NCBI GenBank assembly: GCA_027488905.1
Contig: JAIYAT010000010.1
Coordinates: forward strand, 213,061-277,060
Source of the DNA: Bacteroidota bacterium
Lineage (GTDB): Bacteria > Bacteroidota > Bacteroidia > UKL13-3
Length of the DNA: 64,000 nt
Reading direction: 5' to 3'
Shown here: piece by piece, positions 10,108 to 20,794 of the stretch
How positions within the stretch are numbered: position 1 is the stretch's first letter
Layout: each line of letters begins with the position of its first letter
Notes under the pieces: generated by a model
What the model saw: only the letters and a program-made list of their open reading frames with translations
What the model was told of the DNA's origin: nothing
The model's database searches: none
Program-made: the position numbers and the translations under genes

Positions 10108-12321
10108 TTATTCACCTTCCATAAAGTCAACTTTTTCTTCAGATTCCGACTCAAATTTATCGCAGTTTATTTCAATATTTAGCGGAGATTGCGGGCTAGG
10201 CCATTCATTCACAATATTAATTAAGCCAGGTGTTGCCGTAACTTTTTGCATGTATTCGGCCCAAACAGGCATGGCCAAAGCTGCACCAGAACCAAGGTCC
10301 ATGGTTCTAAAATGAATGGCTCTGTCCTCCCAACCCATCCAAAGTCCACTCACAAGCGTAGGCGTAATACCCATAAACCAAGCATCACTATAGTTTTGGG
10401 TAGTACCAGTTTTTCCTCCACAGGCACCTGGAATTTTATATTGGTATTTAATCTTGGCTGCTGTACCTGTAGTAGTTGTTTGCTCTAACATTTTACACAT
10501 TACATAAGCTGTTTGTTCGCTTAAGGCCTCTTTGGTTTGCGGCATGTTTTCGAAAATAACATTACCATTTTTGTCTACAATTTTTGTGTAATAAATTGGT
10601 TTAGTCCAAACGCCTTTGTTTGCAAATGCAGAATAAGCACCTATCATTTCATACAAAGAAATATCTGCAGTTCCCAAGGCAGAGGCTGGATAAGGTTCTA
10701 TCTTGCTTTTGATGCCAAGCCTGGTTGCATAATCTATCACCGTTTTGATGCCATCATCTCCGAGCATTTTTAAAACGTTTAGGCAAATTAGGTTAAAAGA
10801 AAGTTTGAGTCCTCTATACATCGTCATGGTTGGCGTGCTAAATTTCTCGTCTGCATTGCTTGGGTTATAATCTGGGTAACCTTCAAAGCTAACTGGTTTA
10901 TTAGGCACCATGGTGCATGGTGAAAAGCCATTGTCAACTGCCGCAGTGTATACAAAAGGTTTAAAGGTTGAACCAACCTGACGCTTGGCAGAAATGTTAA
11001 CATGGTCGTATTTAAAATATTTGTAATTATGACCACCCACCCATGCTTTTATTCTTCCGGTTGTTGGGTCCATACTCACAAAGCCACATTGCAAAAAGAA
11101 CTTATAGTATTTAATGCTATCCAAAGGAGACATGATGGTGTCAATTTCGCCTCGGTTATAACTAAAAACACGCATCTTCACTTTAACATTAAATTCAGCT
11201 TTGATAGATTCATCTGATTTGCCAAGTTTTTTTGCGATAATGTATCTATCGCTTCTTTTCATGGCTTGTACAATTCCTTCATTAAATTTACCCCAAGGTT
11301 CTCTTCCTTTCCAATGCGCATAAAACTTTCTTTGCTGGTCTTTCACATTAGATGCCACAACTTCTTCTGCAATTTTTTGTAAGGTAGGGTTTATGGTTGT
11401 GTAAATTTTTAAACCATCTTTATAGATATTGTAGCCATTTTCTTCGCACCAATCAATGAGTTCAATGCGGAGGGTTTCTCTAAAATAAGTTGCTAAACCT
11501 TCATTATGGCTTTCTTCTTGAAATTGTAATTGAATTGGTTGTTTTTTGAAATACGCCAAAGAGTCCTCAGAAATAAAGGATGCTTTACCCATTTGGTTCA
11601 AAACGGTATTTCTTCTATTGTATGCGTTTTCAGGATTTCTAATTGGGTTAAACTTTGTTGGACCTTTAAGCATTCCTACCAAAACAGCTGCTTCGGGCGC
11701 ATTAAGCTCTTTAGGGGATTTTCCAAAATAAGTTTTTGAGGCACTTCTAATACCAAAGGAGTTGTTCCCAAACTCAACGGTATTAAAATACATGGTAAGG
11801 ATTTCATCTTTGGTATAGCGTTGTTCAATAAATACCGCGGTAATCCATTCTTGAATTTTTGTAACTGCTTTATCTTTGAAACTCTTGAACTTTTTCCTTG
11901 GAAACAAATTTTTTGCTAATTGCTGAGAAATAGTGCTTCCTCCTTGTCTTCTGCCAATTAGGTTGTAGATAATTATGGTAAATAGCCTTCTATTATCAAT
12001 TCCGCTGTGCTCATAAAATCTTACATCTTCTGTGGCAATTAGTGCATTTATTAATTGCGGACTTAAATCTTCGTAATTGGCATTGCTGCGGTTCTGAAAA
12101 TAGTACTTGCCAAGCAAGGTTCCATCTTCAGCAAATACTTCACTTGCTAGTTGGGTTTTAGGATTTTCAAGTTCTTCGATAGGTGGCAATTGGCCAAACC
12201 AACCCATGCCAATGGCGGTTATTAAGCCTGAAAATAGCAATAAACCAACAAAAGCTCCTAGCCACAAAAACTTTATAAATTTCCAATATGGACTTTTCCA
12301 AAAATTATTTTTCCAACTCAT
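10108..12321 (-). CDS. mrcA: Class A penicillin-binding protein 1A
   Basis: Transglycosylase EDVRFYEH.G and GGSTISQQLAKNL; transpeptidase GSTFK, SFN, KTGT. Confidence 0.92.
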   Translation of the reverse strand: MSWKNNFWKSPYWKFIKFLWLGAFVGLLLFSGLITAIGMGWFGQLPPIEELENPKTQLASEVFAEDGTLLGKYYFQNRSNANYEDLSPQLINALIATEDVRFYEHSGIDNRRLFTIIIYNLIGRRQGGSTISQQLAKNLFPRKKFKSFKDKAVTKIQEWITAVFIEQRYTKDEILTMYFNTVEFGNNSFGIRSASKTYFGKSPKELNAPEAAVLVGMLKGPTKFNPIRNPENAYNRRNTVLNQMGKASFISEDSLAYFKKQPIQLQFQEESHNEGLATYFRETLRIELIDWCEENGYNIYKDGLKIYTTINPTLQKIAEEVVASNVKDQQRKFYAHWKGREPWGKFNEGIVQAMKRSDRYIIAKKLGKSDESIKAEFNVKVKMRVFSYNRGEIDTIMSPLDSIKYYKFFLQCGFVSMDPTTGRIKAWVGGHNYKYFKYDHVNISAKRQVGSTFKPFVYTAAVDNGFSPCTMVPNKPVSFEGYPDYNPSNADEKFSTPTMTMYRGLKLSFNLICLNVLKMLGDDGIKTVIDYATRLGIKSKIEPYPASALGTADISLYEMIGAYSAFANKGVWTKPIYYTKIVDKNGNVIFENMPQTKEALSEQTAYVMCKMLEQTTTTGTAAKIKYQYKIPGACGGKTGTTQNYSDAWFMGITPTLVSGLWMGWEDRAIHFRTMDLGSGAALAMPVWAEYMQKVTATPGLINIVNEWPSPQSPLNIEINCDKFESESEEKVDFMEGE

Positions 12322-14978
12322 TTTATCTGTTGTGTTTGCTGCAATTGCTTTTTAAAGAAAGATTCAAATTCTGCCACTTTTTTGTCTTTCAAAACCTTTT
12401 TAAAATTAATACCTGAAATGACATATTCAATATAAGGGTCTTTTAGATTTAACTTTTTGTTTTTGAAGTCGGTAAGTTTTAACCCATTTAGGTAGTCATT
12501 TGCCTGTTTAAAATTTGCGAATTCTCTTACTACGAATAGTTGAAAACCTTCATTACTCATATATGCATTTACCCTCAAGCCATTGTCAGCCATGTATGAT
12601 TCGTTATATGCATTTATTTGAAGATTCATTTCATTCACATCGATTCCTGTGTTTTTAATGGCTAATACATAATAAAAACTAGTTTCAGTTTCAATGTCAA
12701 ATTGTAATTCAGAGTTGGTATCCTTTCCAATGAAGGCCGCTTTTTTAGCTTCCTTTTTTAGTGCGGTGAGGTATTCTTCTGCTGTATTTCCAGCTTCTGT
12801 TCCTTTGTGCAAAGCAACAATATTTGAAAGTGCTTTTTCAAAGGCAGTGCGGTCTTGCGTTTTCCCTATGCAAAGTGCCTCAAGTAAATCGTACTTTGGT
12901 TTAAGTCCGTTTTGAGGCCAATTTTTATCCAAGAATTCTTTTTTCTCAACAACAGTTTTACAATCCCCATTTTTAAATGATTCATAAATGGAGACATACG
13001 CTTCCTTTAGTTGCTTGTTGCTTTCGGCCTCGGCATTTACAGGTTTTTTGTTTTGAGCCAATAAAGCATAATTACTTGTCGGAAATTGTGAAATAAGCTT
13101 TTGCTTATTGTTTTCTGCTTTTAGATTGTTTTTTAGGTCAGAATACGCTTTAAACAAATAATAAAATGTAGCATCTTCATATTCACCAAAGGGGAATTTA
13201 GTTTGAATTTTTTCGCCGTATTTTATTGATTCTTCTGGGTTATGAAGGTTGTCATAATACATTACATTTAAGTTGTGCAAGGCATCTAACATCTTGGCAT
13301 TAGATTTTTCTAAGGATGCTGAGGTAAAAGGTACATTTTTTACCCAAGCATCCTTTTCTTTGTTACCAGTGATGTTAATGGTTTCAATGTTTTCAGAAGA
13401 GCCATCTTCTTTTTTAGTTTCTTTTTTATCTTCTGGCGTATTTGTATTTTTTTGTGCTGAAACGCCAGTTGTATCTGCTACTTCCTGATTTTTCTCCTTG
13501 GCTGCAATTCTCCAATAGTCTTCATTTTTGCGTTGACCCCATTTTTTGTTGCTAAAAAACTCTGCTGCACCACTAGACATTAAAGAAGAATTGTAAAAGT
13601 ACCATTCGCCTGTTCCGCTTCCCACTGCGGGCGCAGCAGGTAAAAAGTTGCTAGCATTACCCGCTACACTTGCTTGCACCTTTGCTCTTTTTTTAGCTTC
13701 TTTTTCTTCTTGCAATTTCTTCTTAGTGAAAGCTGCAATCCAAGAATCTATTCTTCTGCCCAATTCATCCTTGCTTAATAAGGCTAATTTTTGAAGAGAG
13801 TCTTGGGTTTCAAAAGCTACTAAATTACTAATTAAATCACCTAAGGTTGTTTTGGTGTTCTTAATTTCTTTGTAGTCTTTAAATTTTGGGTCAAGCGTTA
13901 ATATCGTGCTATCGTAATACGCCTGAGAATTTTTGTAATCTTTTTTGTTGAAATAGATTTTGGCAATTTCATGAAAAGCTAAACCTTTTTGATTTCTGTT
14001 TTTTGTACTCAAGTTGGCTGCCTTTTTGAAATTTAAAATAGCCTCCTCTTCCTTATTAATGGCCATATTTATTTTTCCCATTTCAAACCAAATCTGGTCA
14101 TAATAATCAAGGTTCTTTTCATCCCTCGCCATTTTCCTCAAACTACGTTTAACCTTGGCTACTGATTTTGGGTCCTTTAAATCGTATAACTTTAGTAAGG
14201 CTAATGTGGCATTAAATGCATAATCATAAGGTGGAACAAATTTAATTACCTTATTAAAATGGTAGGTAGCTTGGGGATTTTTCTTTTGTTCAAAATTTAA
14301 TTGACCCAAAATATAATGGTAGCGAATTTTTTGATCCTTTGTTAGTTTTCCTTTCAAAGCTAGGGTAAGGTGTTCTATTGCCTTTCCTGGTTTGTTGGTT
14401 TTTAAATCAATATCAGCCGCATTTGCATAAATAAAGCCAATGTCTTTTTTATGATAGTTTTTTACCAAAAGTAACTGGCCCATGATGGCTTCTGCCTCTT
14501 GAACTTTATTTAGTCCTAAATAGCATTTTGCAATCCAACAAGTACTTGCATTTGTAAAAGGGCCATTTTTATACTTTCCTAAAATAAACTGAAAGGTTTC
14601 TATGGCGGTGTAATAATCTTGTTTATAATACCTTGTTTTGGCAATAGCAAAGTAGGCATCATCTGTATAGCTGCCAACTTGGTGCAGTTGAATGGTGGTA
14701 GAGAATTTTTTAAGTGCTTCATCTAAAATATTTCCGGCAGATTTAGCAGCCTCTGGAGTTCCAATTTGAATGACATCTATGTTTTGGGTATAATCATCTA
14801 AATGTGAGACCTCAATTTGTTTAATGGCGTCTAACAATTTTTGCTCACCATTGAAATAGACGTTATAATGCCCTGTAAGGGAATGAAATTTTTTATTAAG
14901 CCATTTCTCTTTTGTTGGACTGCATGCAAACACCAACAAAATTAAGGTAGCGAGCGGTATGTTTCTTTTTATTAGCAA
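12318..14978 (-). CDS. sprE: TPR lipoprotein of the T9SS/gliding machinery (SprE/PorW family)
   Basis: Lipobox VFAC, H.LT.HYNVYFNG, TPR repeats, WYFYN...G..EF...WG.R.NED.WR; typical position near bactofilin and atp genes. Confidence 0.8.
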   Translation of the reverse strand: MLIKRNIPLATLILLVFACSPTKEKWLNKKFHSLTGHYNVYFNGEQKLLDAIKQIEVSHLDDYTQNIDVIQIGTPEAAKSAGNILDEALKKFSTTIQLHQVGSYTDDAYFAIAKTRYYKQDYYTAIETFQFILGKYKNGPFTNASTCWIAKCYLGLNKVQEAEAIMGQLLLVKNYHKKDIGFIYANAADIDLKTNKPGKAIEHLTLALKGKLTKDQKIRYHYILGQLNFEQKKNPQATYHFNKVIKFVPPYDYAFNATLALLKLYDLKDPKSVAKVKRSLRKMARDEKNLDYYDQIWFEMGKINMAINKEEEAILNFKKAANLSTKNRNQKGLAFHEIAKIYFNKKDYKNSQAYYDSTILTLDPKFKDYKEIKNTKTTLGDLISNLVAFETQDSLQKLALLSKDELGRRIDSWIAAFTKKKLQEEKEAKKRAKVQASVAGNASNFLPAAPAVGSGTGEWYFYNSSLMSSGAAEFFSNKKWGQRKNEDYWRIAAKEKNQEVADTTGVSAQKNTNTPEDKKETKKEDGSSENIETINITGNKEKDAWVKNVPFTSASLEKSNAKMLDALHNLNVMYYDNLHNPEESIKYGEKIQTKFPFGEYEDATFYYLFKAYSDLKNNLKAENNKQKLISQFPTSNYALLAQNKKPVNAEAESNKQLKEAYVSIYESFKNGDCKTVVEKKEFLDKNWPQNGLKPKYDLLEALCIGKTQDRTAFEKALSNIVALHKGTEAGNTAEEYLTALKKEAKKAAFIGKDTNSELQFDIETETSFYYVLAIKNTGIDVNEMNLQINAYNESYMADNGLRVNAYMSNEGFQLFVVREFANFKQANDYLNGLKLTDFKNKKLNLKDPYIEYVISGINFKKVLKDKKVAEFESFFKKQLQQTQQIK

Positions 14979-15055
14979 AGTGTGTGGTTTGATTACCTAT
15001 ATTTGAATTTTGGATTGTACAATTTTAGCCAAAGTTTGGCAATATTAGTAAAGGT

Positions 15056-15433
15056 ATGGAACCTGCAAAGAAAAAATTCATTCATAAACTGCGTTATAAG
15101 TACAGATTAGTGCTTATAAACGATGAATCTTTTGAAGAAAAAATCTCTTTTAAGCTTACACCCATGAATGTTTTTGTTGGGTTTAGTTCTGCTATAATGT
15201 TATTCGCCATCTTAATTATTTCGCTGGTGTTTTTTACTTCTGTTAGGGAATTTGTGCCAGGCTATACCGATACTAAGACCAAACGTAATTTACAGGAACT
15301 ATTGTATAAGACAGACTCTTTAGAGCGTGTGCTCAAAACCAAAGAGCTTTATTTTCAGAATGTTTCAAATATCATGAAAGGCGGGGAGGGCTTGTCGGAT
15401 AGTTTACCCAAAACGCCTAATCTAAAACCCTAA
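15056..15433 (+). CDS. Membrane protein matching the N-terminal part of Bacteroidota M23 peptidases, with no peptidase domain
   Basis: KYRLVLINDESFEE..SFKLT.MNV, TM helix, REFVPGY, coiled coil; ends at 125 aa with no HxxxD/HxH. Confidence 0.7.
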   Translation: MEPAKKKFIHKLRYKYRLVLINDESFEEKISFKLTPMNVFVGFSSAIMLFAILIISLVFFTSVREFVPGYTDTKTKRNLQELLYKTDSLERVLKTKELYFQNVSNIMKGGEGLSDSLPKTPNLKP

Positions 15434-15466
15434 TTGGGTTAAAGTTGCAAAAAAGCAAAAATTTGC

Positions 15467-15474
15467 TAGTTTTG
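15467..15474 (+). promoter_or_regulatory. Putative -7 promoter element of the bactofilin gene
   Basis: TAGTTTTG upstream of ATG 15516. Confidence 0.5.
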
Positions 15475-15515
15475 TAAGTGGTTCATTTTGTGTTGAACCA
15501 ATAAATATTACAACT

Positions 15516-15959
15516 ATGTCGATGTTCAAACCAGCCAAAAACACAACCTTTAACCCACAAGAAATTAATATCCTCAATGCTGGTACGCGCATTACAGGTG
15601 ATTTAGCTTCAGAAGGCGACTTACGTGTTGACGGTTCGGTTCAAGGCAATATAGAGGTAAAAACCAAATTGGTTTTAGGTCAAAGTGCCCATGTTAAAGG
15701 AAATATTATCGCTCAAAATTCTGATATTTCTGGCGTTGTTATAGGTAATGTGACCGTTTCTGAGCTTTTAACCATAAAGGCCACTGCAAAAATTACAGGT
15801 GATATCGCTTGCAGTAAATTAATTATTGAGGCTGGAGCAGAGTTTAATGGTAATAGTGCCATGAGGCCAGCGGTTGTTGCTGCTGATTTTAGAAACATTA
15901 CTGCCAAACAACAAAAAAATGCAGAATCAAAAGAATCTTTAATTGCCGAACAAGCTTAA
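15516..15959 (+). CDS. Bactofilin (polymer-forming cytoskeletal protein)
   Basis: Beta-helix repeats GTRITGDL.SEGDLRVDG...GNI; IEAGAEFNG. Confidence 0.93.
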   Translation: MSMFKPAKNTTFNPQEINILNAGTRITGDLASEGDLRVDGSVQGNIEVKTKLVLGQSAHVKGNIIAQNSDISGVVIGNVTVSELLTIKATAKITGDIACSKLIIEAGAEFNGNSAMRPAVVAADFRNITAKQQKNAESKESLIAEQA

Positions 15960-16164
15960 CAAACCAGACTCAGGTCCAAAAACCTGGCTGCGTTACACAA
16001 ATCTTGGTTTTCAAATGATTGGAACAATGGTAGTTTGCGCTTTAGGAGGCAAATACCTTGATAAGTACCTAGAAATGAAGTTTCCTGTTTTTACTTTGGT
16101 ACTTGTACTTTTTGGTGTATTTGCTGCCCTTTATCAGGTGTTAAAAGATTTACTTAAAAAATAA
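15943..16164 (+). CDS. AtpZ/AtpI-family small membrane protein
   Basis: YT.LGFQM...G.YLD pattern, two TM helices, precedes atp genes; TTG start. Confidence 0.85.
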   Translation: MPNKLNKPDSGPKTWLRYTNLGFQMIGTMVVCALGGKYLDKYLEMKFPVFTLVLVLFGVFAALYQVLKDLLKK

Positions 16165-16198
16165 TTAAAATCCAATTGGTTTCTGGCAAATCAAAAGG

Positions 16199-16206
16199 TA
16201 CTTTTG
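16199..16206 (+). promoter_or_regulatory. Putative -7 element of the atp operon promoter
   Basis: TACTTTTG, 13 nt before ATG 16220. Confidence 0.6.
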
Positions 16207-16219
16207 CGGGCGTTAAAAA

Positions 16220-16618
16220 ATGTCTAAATTAAATTTCCATAAAAGTTTGGTGGCGCTAACCCTTCTATGCGGGTTTTTTATATATGCCTTCCAAGTGTTT
16301 CAAACAAAATGGGTTTTAGACTCTCTGGCTTGGATTTCTTTATTTTATTTTTTCGGACTCACTTGGCTTACATTTAAAATAGCAAACTCTGGGGTCAAAA
16401 AGGATAATAAAACCTTCATTGCCAGAACTTACGGAGCAATTGGAATACGTTTTATATTCTCCATTTTTCCGCTTTTTATCTACCTTGTTTTCTATCCTAA
16501 AAGAGAAATGCCGTTTATAATTACCTATCTTTTATTGTATTTCTTTTACACAGCTTTTGAAATTTATTTCCTCGTGGTTAACTTGCGACCCGATTTAAAC
16601 AAAAAGAATCCTTCATGA
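16220..16618 (+). CDS. AtpI-like four-TM membrane protein
   Basis: Four hydrophobic helices, overlaps the atpB start. Confidence 0.75.
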   Translation: MSKLNFHKSLVALTLLCGFFIYAFQVFQTKWVLDSLAWISLFYFFGLTWLTFKIANSGVKKDNKTFIARTYGAIGIRFIFSIFPLFIYLVFYPKREMPFIITYLLLYFFYTAFEIYFLVVNLRPDLNKKNPS

Positions 16619-17781
16619 ACGCCATCAAAAAGAAGAGTATCAATTATTTAGTTTTAGCTTTTTCCCTTCTAACGCTATCGTCTTTTGGCGCTATAAATGC
16701 TTTTGCGCATGATTCTACACACCATGAAGCCGAAATTCACGCTACAGATTCTGCTATCAACTTGCATGCTGAGGCAGCGCATAACCCAGCTGAAGCTCAT
16801 GACGAAAAAGAAGGAGTAGATGCAGGTAAATTAATTATGGAGCATATTGGGGATGCACATGATTGGCACATGGCTACTATTGGACATACGCATGTAACTA
16901 TTCCTCTTCCAATTATTATTAAAGACGCTGCCGGATTTCATATTTTTAGTTCTTCTAAATTTCACCATGGCCATGATGCTTATAATGGTTATAAATTGGA
17001 GCATGGTAAAATTGTAGCAGTAAACGAAGATGGCAGCATCAATGAATCTGCTTCATTCTTCGACTTATCTATTACAAAAAATGTTGCGGCTATGCTGATT
17101 TCAGTGATAGTGCTCATTTGGATGATGCTAAGTGTTGCCAGTTCTTACAAAAAAGGCAAAGGAGCTGCTCCAAAAGGATTTGCCAACTTAATAGAAATGG
17201 GTATTCTTTTCATAAGAGATGAGGTTGCTAAACCAAGTATTGGTCCTAAATACATGAAGTTTATGCCTTATTTATTAACCATATTCTTCTTTATCTTTTT
17301 AAATAACCTATTTGGTTTAGTGCCATTCTTTCCAGGAGGTGCAAACGTTACGGGTAATATCGCTGTTACTTTAGTTTTGGCCTTGTTTACCTTTGTGATT
17401 ACTTCAATCAATGGAAACAAAAGCTATTGGGGACATATCTTTATGCCTCCGGGCGTACCAAAAGCTTTATGGATTTTATTGATACCAATCGAAATCATAG
17501 GAATGTTAAACAAGCCAATTGTATTAATGATTCGTTTGTTTGCCAATATCACAGCTGGACATATTATCATGCTTGGATTTTTCTCGCTCATTTTCATCTT
17601 TGGTGCCATGAGCGAAGGATTAGGTTTAGGCGTTTCGGTAATGTCAGTTGCCTTTACAACTTTCATGAACTTCCTTGAATTATTAGTAGCTTTTTTACAG
17701 GCATATGTATTCACTTTACTTTCTGCGCTTTACTTTGGTTCAGCAGTAGAAGAACATGCCCACCACGACGAACATCATTAA
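16615..17781 (+). CDS. atpB: F0F1 ATP synthase subunit a
   Basis: LMIRLFANITAGH, LELLVAFLQAYVFTLL. Confidence 0.98.
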   Translation: MNAIKKKSINYLVLAFSLLTLSSFGAINAFAHDSTHHEAEIHATDSAINLHAEAAHNPAEAHDEKEGVDAGKLIMEHIGDAHDWHMATIGHTHVTIPLPIIIKDAAGFHIFSSSKFHHGHDAYNGYKLEHGKIVAVNEDGSINESASFFDLSITKNVAAMLISVIVLIWMMLSVASSYKKGKGAAPKGFANLIEMGILFIRDEVAKPSIGPKYMKFMPYLLTIFFFIFLNNLFGLVPFFPGGANVTGNIAVTLVLALFTFVITSINGNKSYWGHIFMPPGVPKALWILLIPIEIIGMLNKPIVLMIRLFANITAGHIIMLGFFSLIFIFGAMSEGLGLGVSVMSVAFTTFMNFLELLVAFLQAYVFTLLSALYFGSAVEEHAHHDEHH

Positions 17782-17800
17782 TTAAATTATAATCAACTAA

Positions 17801-18079
<279 letters not shown>

Positions 18080-18088
18080 TTATTAATT

Positions 18089-18119
18089 GCAGAGATACAG
18101 TTGATTACTGTGTCTCTGC
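18089..18119 (+). other. Intercistronic stem-loop after atpE
   Basis: GCAGAGATACAG-TTGATTA-CTGTGTCTCTGC (12 bp, one G-U). Confidence 0.65.
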
Positions 18120-18156
18120 TTACTTTCTCTCAATTCAAAAATAACAATCAAACAAA

Positions 18157-18651
18157 ATGGAATTAGTTAAACCTGGTTTAGGTCTTATCGTTTGGATGAC
18201 CATTACTTTTAGTATCGTATTGTTCATTCTATCCAAATTTGCATGGAAGCCAATTCTTGCAGCCATTAAAGAAAGAGAAGACTCTATCAACAATGCATTA
18301 AACTCGGCAGAGGATGCGCGCAAACAAATGGATGCCTTAAAAGCAGACAACGAGAAATTGTTAAACCAGGCACGTGCCGAGCGCGAGCTAATGCTAAAAG
18401 AGGCAAGTGAAATGAAGGAAAACATCATTGCACAAGCCAAACGTTCTGCTGATGAAGAAGGCAGAAAAATTATTGCCAAAGCCAATGAGGCCATCGAATC
18501 GGCTAAATTAAATGCGATGAATGAACTTAAAACCCAAGTGGCTGTATTATCAGTAGATTTGGCAGAAAAAGTGCTTCGCAAGAAAATGGAAGACCGCAGC
18601 CAACAAGAAGCTTTTGTAAACGAAAATTTGAAATCAATTACCCTGAACTAA
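18157..18651 (+). CDS. atpF: F0F1 ATP synthase subunit b
   Basis: N-terminal TM, KFAWKPIL, long coiled coil. Confidence 0.97.
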   Translation: MELVKPGLGLIVWMTITFSIVLFILSKFAWKPILAAIKEREDSINNALNSAEDARKQMDALKADNEKLLNQARAERELMLKEASEMKENIIAQAKRSADEEGRKIIAKANEAIESAKLNAMNELKTQVAVLSVDLAEKVLRKKMEDRSQQEAFVNENLKSITLN

Positions 18652-18652
18652 C

Positions 18653-19204
18653 ATGTCAGAACAAAGAGTATCCGGCAGATATGCTAAGTCACTCATAGAT
18701 TTAGCCTTAGAGCGCAAAGCCTTGGATGCGGTTTACGCCGATGTGGTTTTGCTTAAGCAAACCATTGAAGCCAATGCCTCTCTAGCCAATATGCTAAAGA
18801 GCCCAATCATTAAAGCAGATAAAAAACAAGCCATTATCAAGCAAGTTTTTTCGAGTTACCTTTCTGAACTTAGCCTACTATTTATTAATTTAGTTACAGC
18901 TAAAAACAGAAGTTTCTTCTTGCATGATATCGCTGTGCAGTTCATTGTTCAATACAATGAAATAAATAAAATTACTACCGCCCATGTTAAAACCGCTGTG
19001 AGCATTAGCGCCTCGGTTCAAGCAGAAGTGAAAAGCTTTTTAGAAGCCCAAACTGGTAAGCGCGTAGAATTAAAAAATTCAGTAGATCCAGAATTAATTG
19101 GTGGAATGGTCATTCAAATAGAAGACCGTTTATACGACGCCAGTATTTCAGGTAAACTGAAAAAAGCAAAACACGAATTATTAAACACTTACATTTCAAA
19201 ATAA
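18653..19204 (+). CDS. atpH: F1 ATP synthase subunit delta
   Basis: RYAKSL, VDPELIGG, DASI. Confidence 0.97.
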   Translation: MSEQRVSGRYAKSLIDLALERKALDAVYADVVLLKQTIEANASLANMLKSPIIKADKKQAIIKQVFSSYLSELSLLFINLVTAKNRSFFLHDIAVQFIVQYNEINKITTAHVKTAVSISASVQAEVKSFLEAQTGKRVELKNSVDPELIGGMVIQIEDRLYDASISGKLKKAKHELLNTYISK

Positions 19205-19213
19205 CAGTTCATT

Positions 19214-20794
19214 ATGGTAGAAATAAGACCCGATGAGGTATCAGCCATCATCAGAGAGCAATTAAGCAGCTTTAAGTCTGAAACCGAATTAGAAGAAGTA
19301 GGTACCGTACTCCAAGTGGGTGATGGTATTGCTCGTATTTACGGCTTAACCAAGGTTCAGTCGGGAGAGCTTATCCAATTCTCAAATGGAGTAGAAGGCA
19401 TCGTACTTAACCTTGAAGAAGATAACGTAGGTGCTGTATTATTAGGTTCTTCAGACCAAATAGTAGAAGGCGATACCGTTAAAAGAACAGGTAGAATTGC
19501 CGCTATCAATGTTGGGGAAGGAATGGTTGGTCGTGTATTGAATACCCTTGGAATGCCAATAGATGGTAAAGGTCCATTAACAGGTGATTTATACGAAATG
19601 CCATTGGAGCGCAAAGCACCAGGGGTAATTTACCGCGAACCCGTTAAAGAACCACTTCAAACTGGTATCAAAGCGATTGACGCGATGATTCCAATCGGAC
19701 GTGGACAACGTGAGTTGGTTATTGGTGACCGTCAAACTGGTAAAACAGCAGTTTGTATTGATACCATCATCAATCAGAAAGAATTTTATGAAGCAGGGAA
19801 ACCTGTATATTGTATTTATGTAGCATGTGGTCAAAAAGCGTCAACTGTTGCGCAGGTGGTTAAAACCCTTGAAGAGCGTGGTGCAATGCCTTATACCATC
19901 ATCGTTTCAGCTACTTCATCAGATCCAGCGCCAATGCAATTCTTTGCGCCTATGGCTGGTGCAGCTATTGGTGAGTTTTTCCGCGATACAGGTAGACCAG
20001 CTTTGGTAATCTATGATGATTTATCAAAGCAAGCTGTTGCTTACCGAGAAGTATCCTTGTTGTTACGTCGTCCTCCGGGCCGTGAGGCTTATCCTGGTGA
20101 CGTATTTTACTTGCATAGCCGTTTGCTAGAGCGTGCTGCAAAAATCAATGCAACCGATTCAATTGCACAACAAATGAACGATTTGCCTCCTTCTATCAAG
20201 CACATGGTAAAAGGTGGAGGTTCTTTAACTGCACTTCCAATTATCGAAACACAAGCTGGTGACGTTTCTGCTTATATTCCAACCAATGTAATTTCTATTA
20301 CTGACGGACAGATATTCTTAGAAGCCAACTTGTTTAACTCGGGTATCCGTCCTGCGATTAACGTAGGTATCTCGGTATCACGTGTGGGTGGTAACGCCCA
20401 AATCAAATCAATGAAGAAAGTTGCGGGTACCTTAAAGTTGGATCAAGCCCAATACCGCGAATTGGAAGCTTTCTCTAAGTTTGGTTCAGACCTAGATGCC
20501 GCTACAAAATCTGTTTTGGCAAAAGGTGCTCGTAACGTAGAAATCTTGAAGCAAGGACAGTTTGCACCTTTGCGTGTAGAACAACAAGTAGCGATTATTT
20601 ACTTAGGTACAAAAGGTTTATTATCTGCAGTTCCTGTAAATAAGATACGTGAGTTTGAAGCTGACTTCCTAAACTTTTTGGAAAACAAACACATCGATGT
20701 GTTAAATACCATTAAGAAGGGTGGCATTGGCGACGATGTTACAGGCATACTAGAATCAGTTTGTAAAGAATTAACAGCTAAATACAGCGCATAA
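19214..20794 (+). CDS. atpA: F1 ATP synthase subunit alpha
   Basis: [30 protein letters not shown]. Confidence 0.99.
   Translation: MVEIRPDEVSAIIREQLSSFKSETELEEVGTVLQVGDGIARIYGLTKVQSGELIQFSNGVEGIVLNLEEDNVGAVLLGSSDQIVEGDTVKRTGRIAAINVGEGMVGRVLNTLGMPIDGKGPLTGDLYEMPLERKAPGVIYREPVKEPLQTGIKAIDAMIPIGRGQRELVIGDRQTGKTAVCIDTIINQKEFYEAGKPVYCIYVACGQKASTVAQVVKTLEERGAMPYTIIVSATSSDPAPMQFFAPMAGAAIGEFFRDTGRPALVIYDDLSKQAVAYREVSLLLRRPPGREAYPGDVFYLHSRLLERAAKINATDSIAQQMNDLPPSIKHMVKGGGSLTALPIIETQAGDVSAYIPTNVISITDGQIFLEANLFNSGIRPAINVGISVSRVGGNAQIKSMKKVAGTLKLDQAQYRELEAFSKFGSDLDAATKSVLAKGARNVEILKQGQFAPLRVEQQVAIIYLGTKGLLSAVPVNKIREFEADFLNFLENKHIDVLNTIKKGGIGDDVTGILESVCKELTAKYSA

Noticed and set aside
10965-10976. Motif-like AGGTTGAACCAA in PBP1A, and similar hits at 20481 (atpA) and 41861
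   Set aside because: They encode conserved protein motifs (VGSTFK, FGSDL, LGSTMG) and are imperfect, so they were not counted.
16615-17781. His-rich N- and C-terminal extensions of AtpB, and absence of atpD/atpC
   Set aside because: Both are usual in Bacteroidota, where beta and epsilon are commonly encoded elsewhere.
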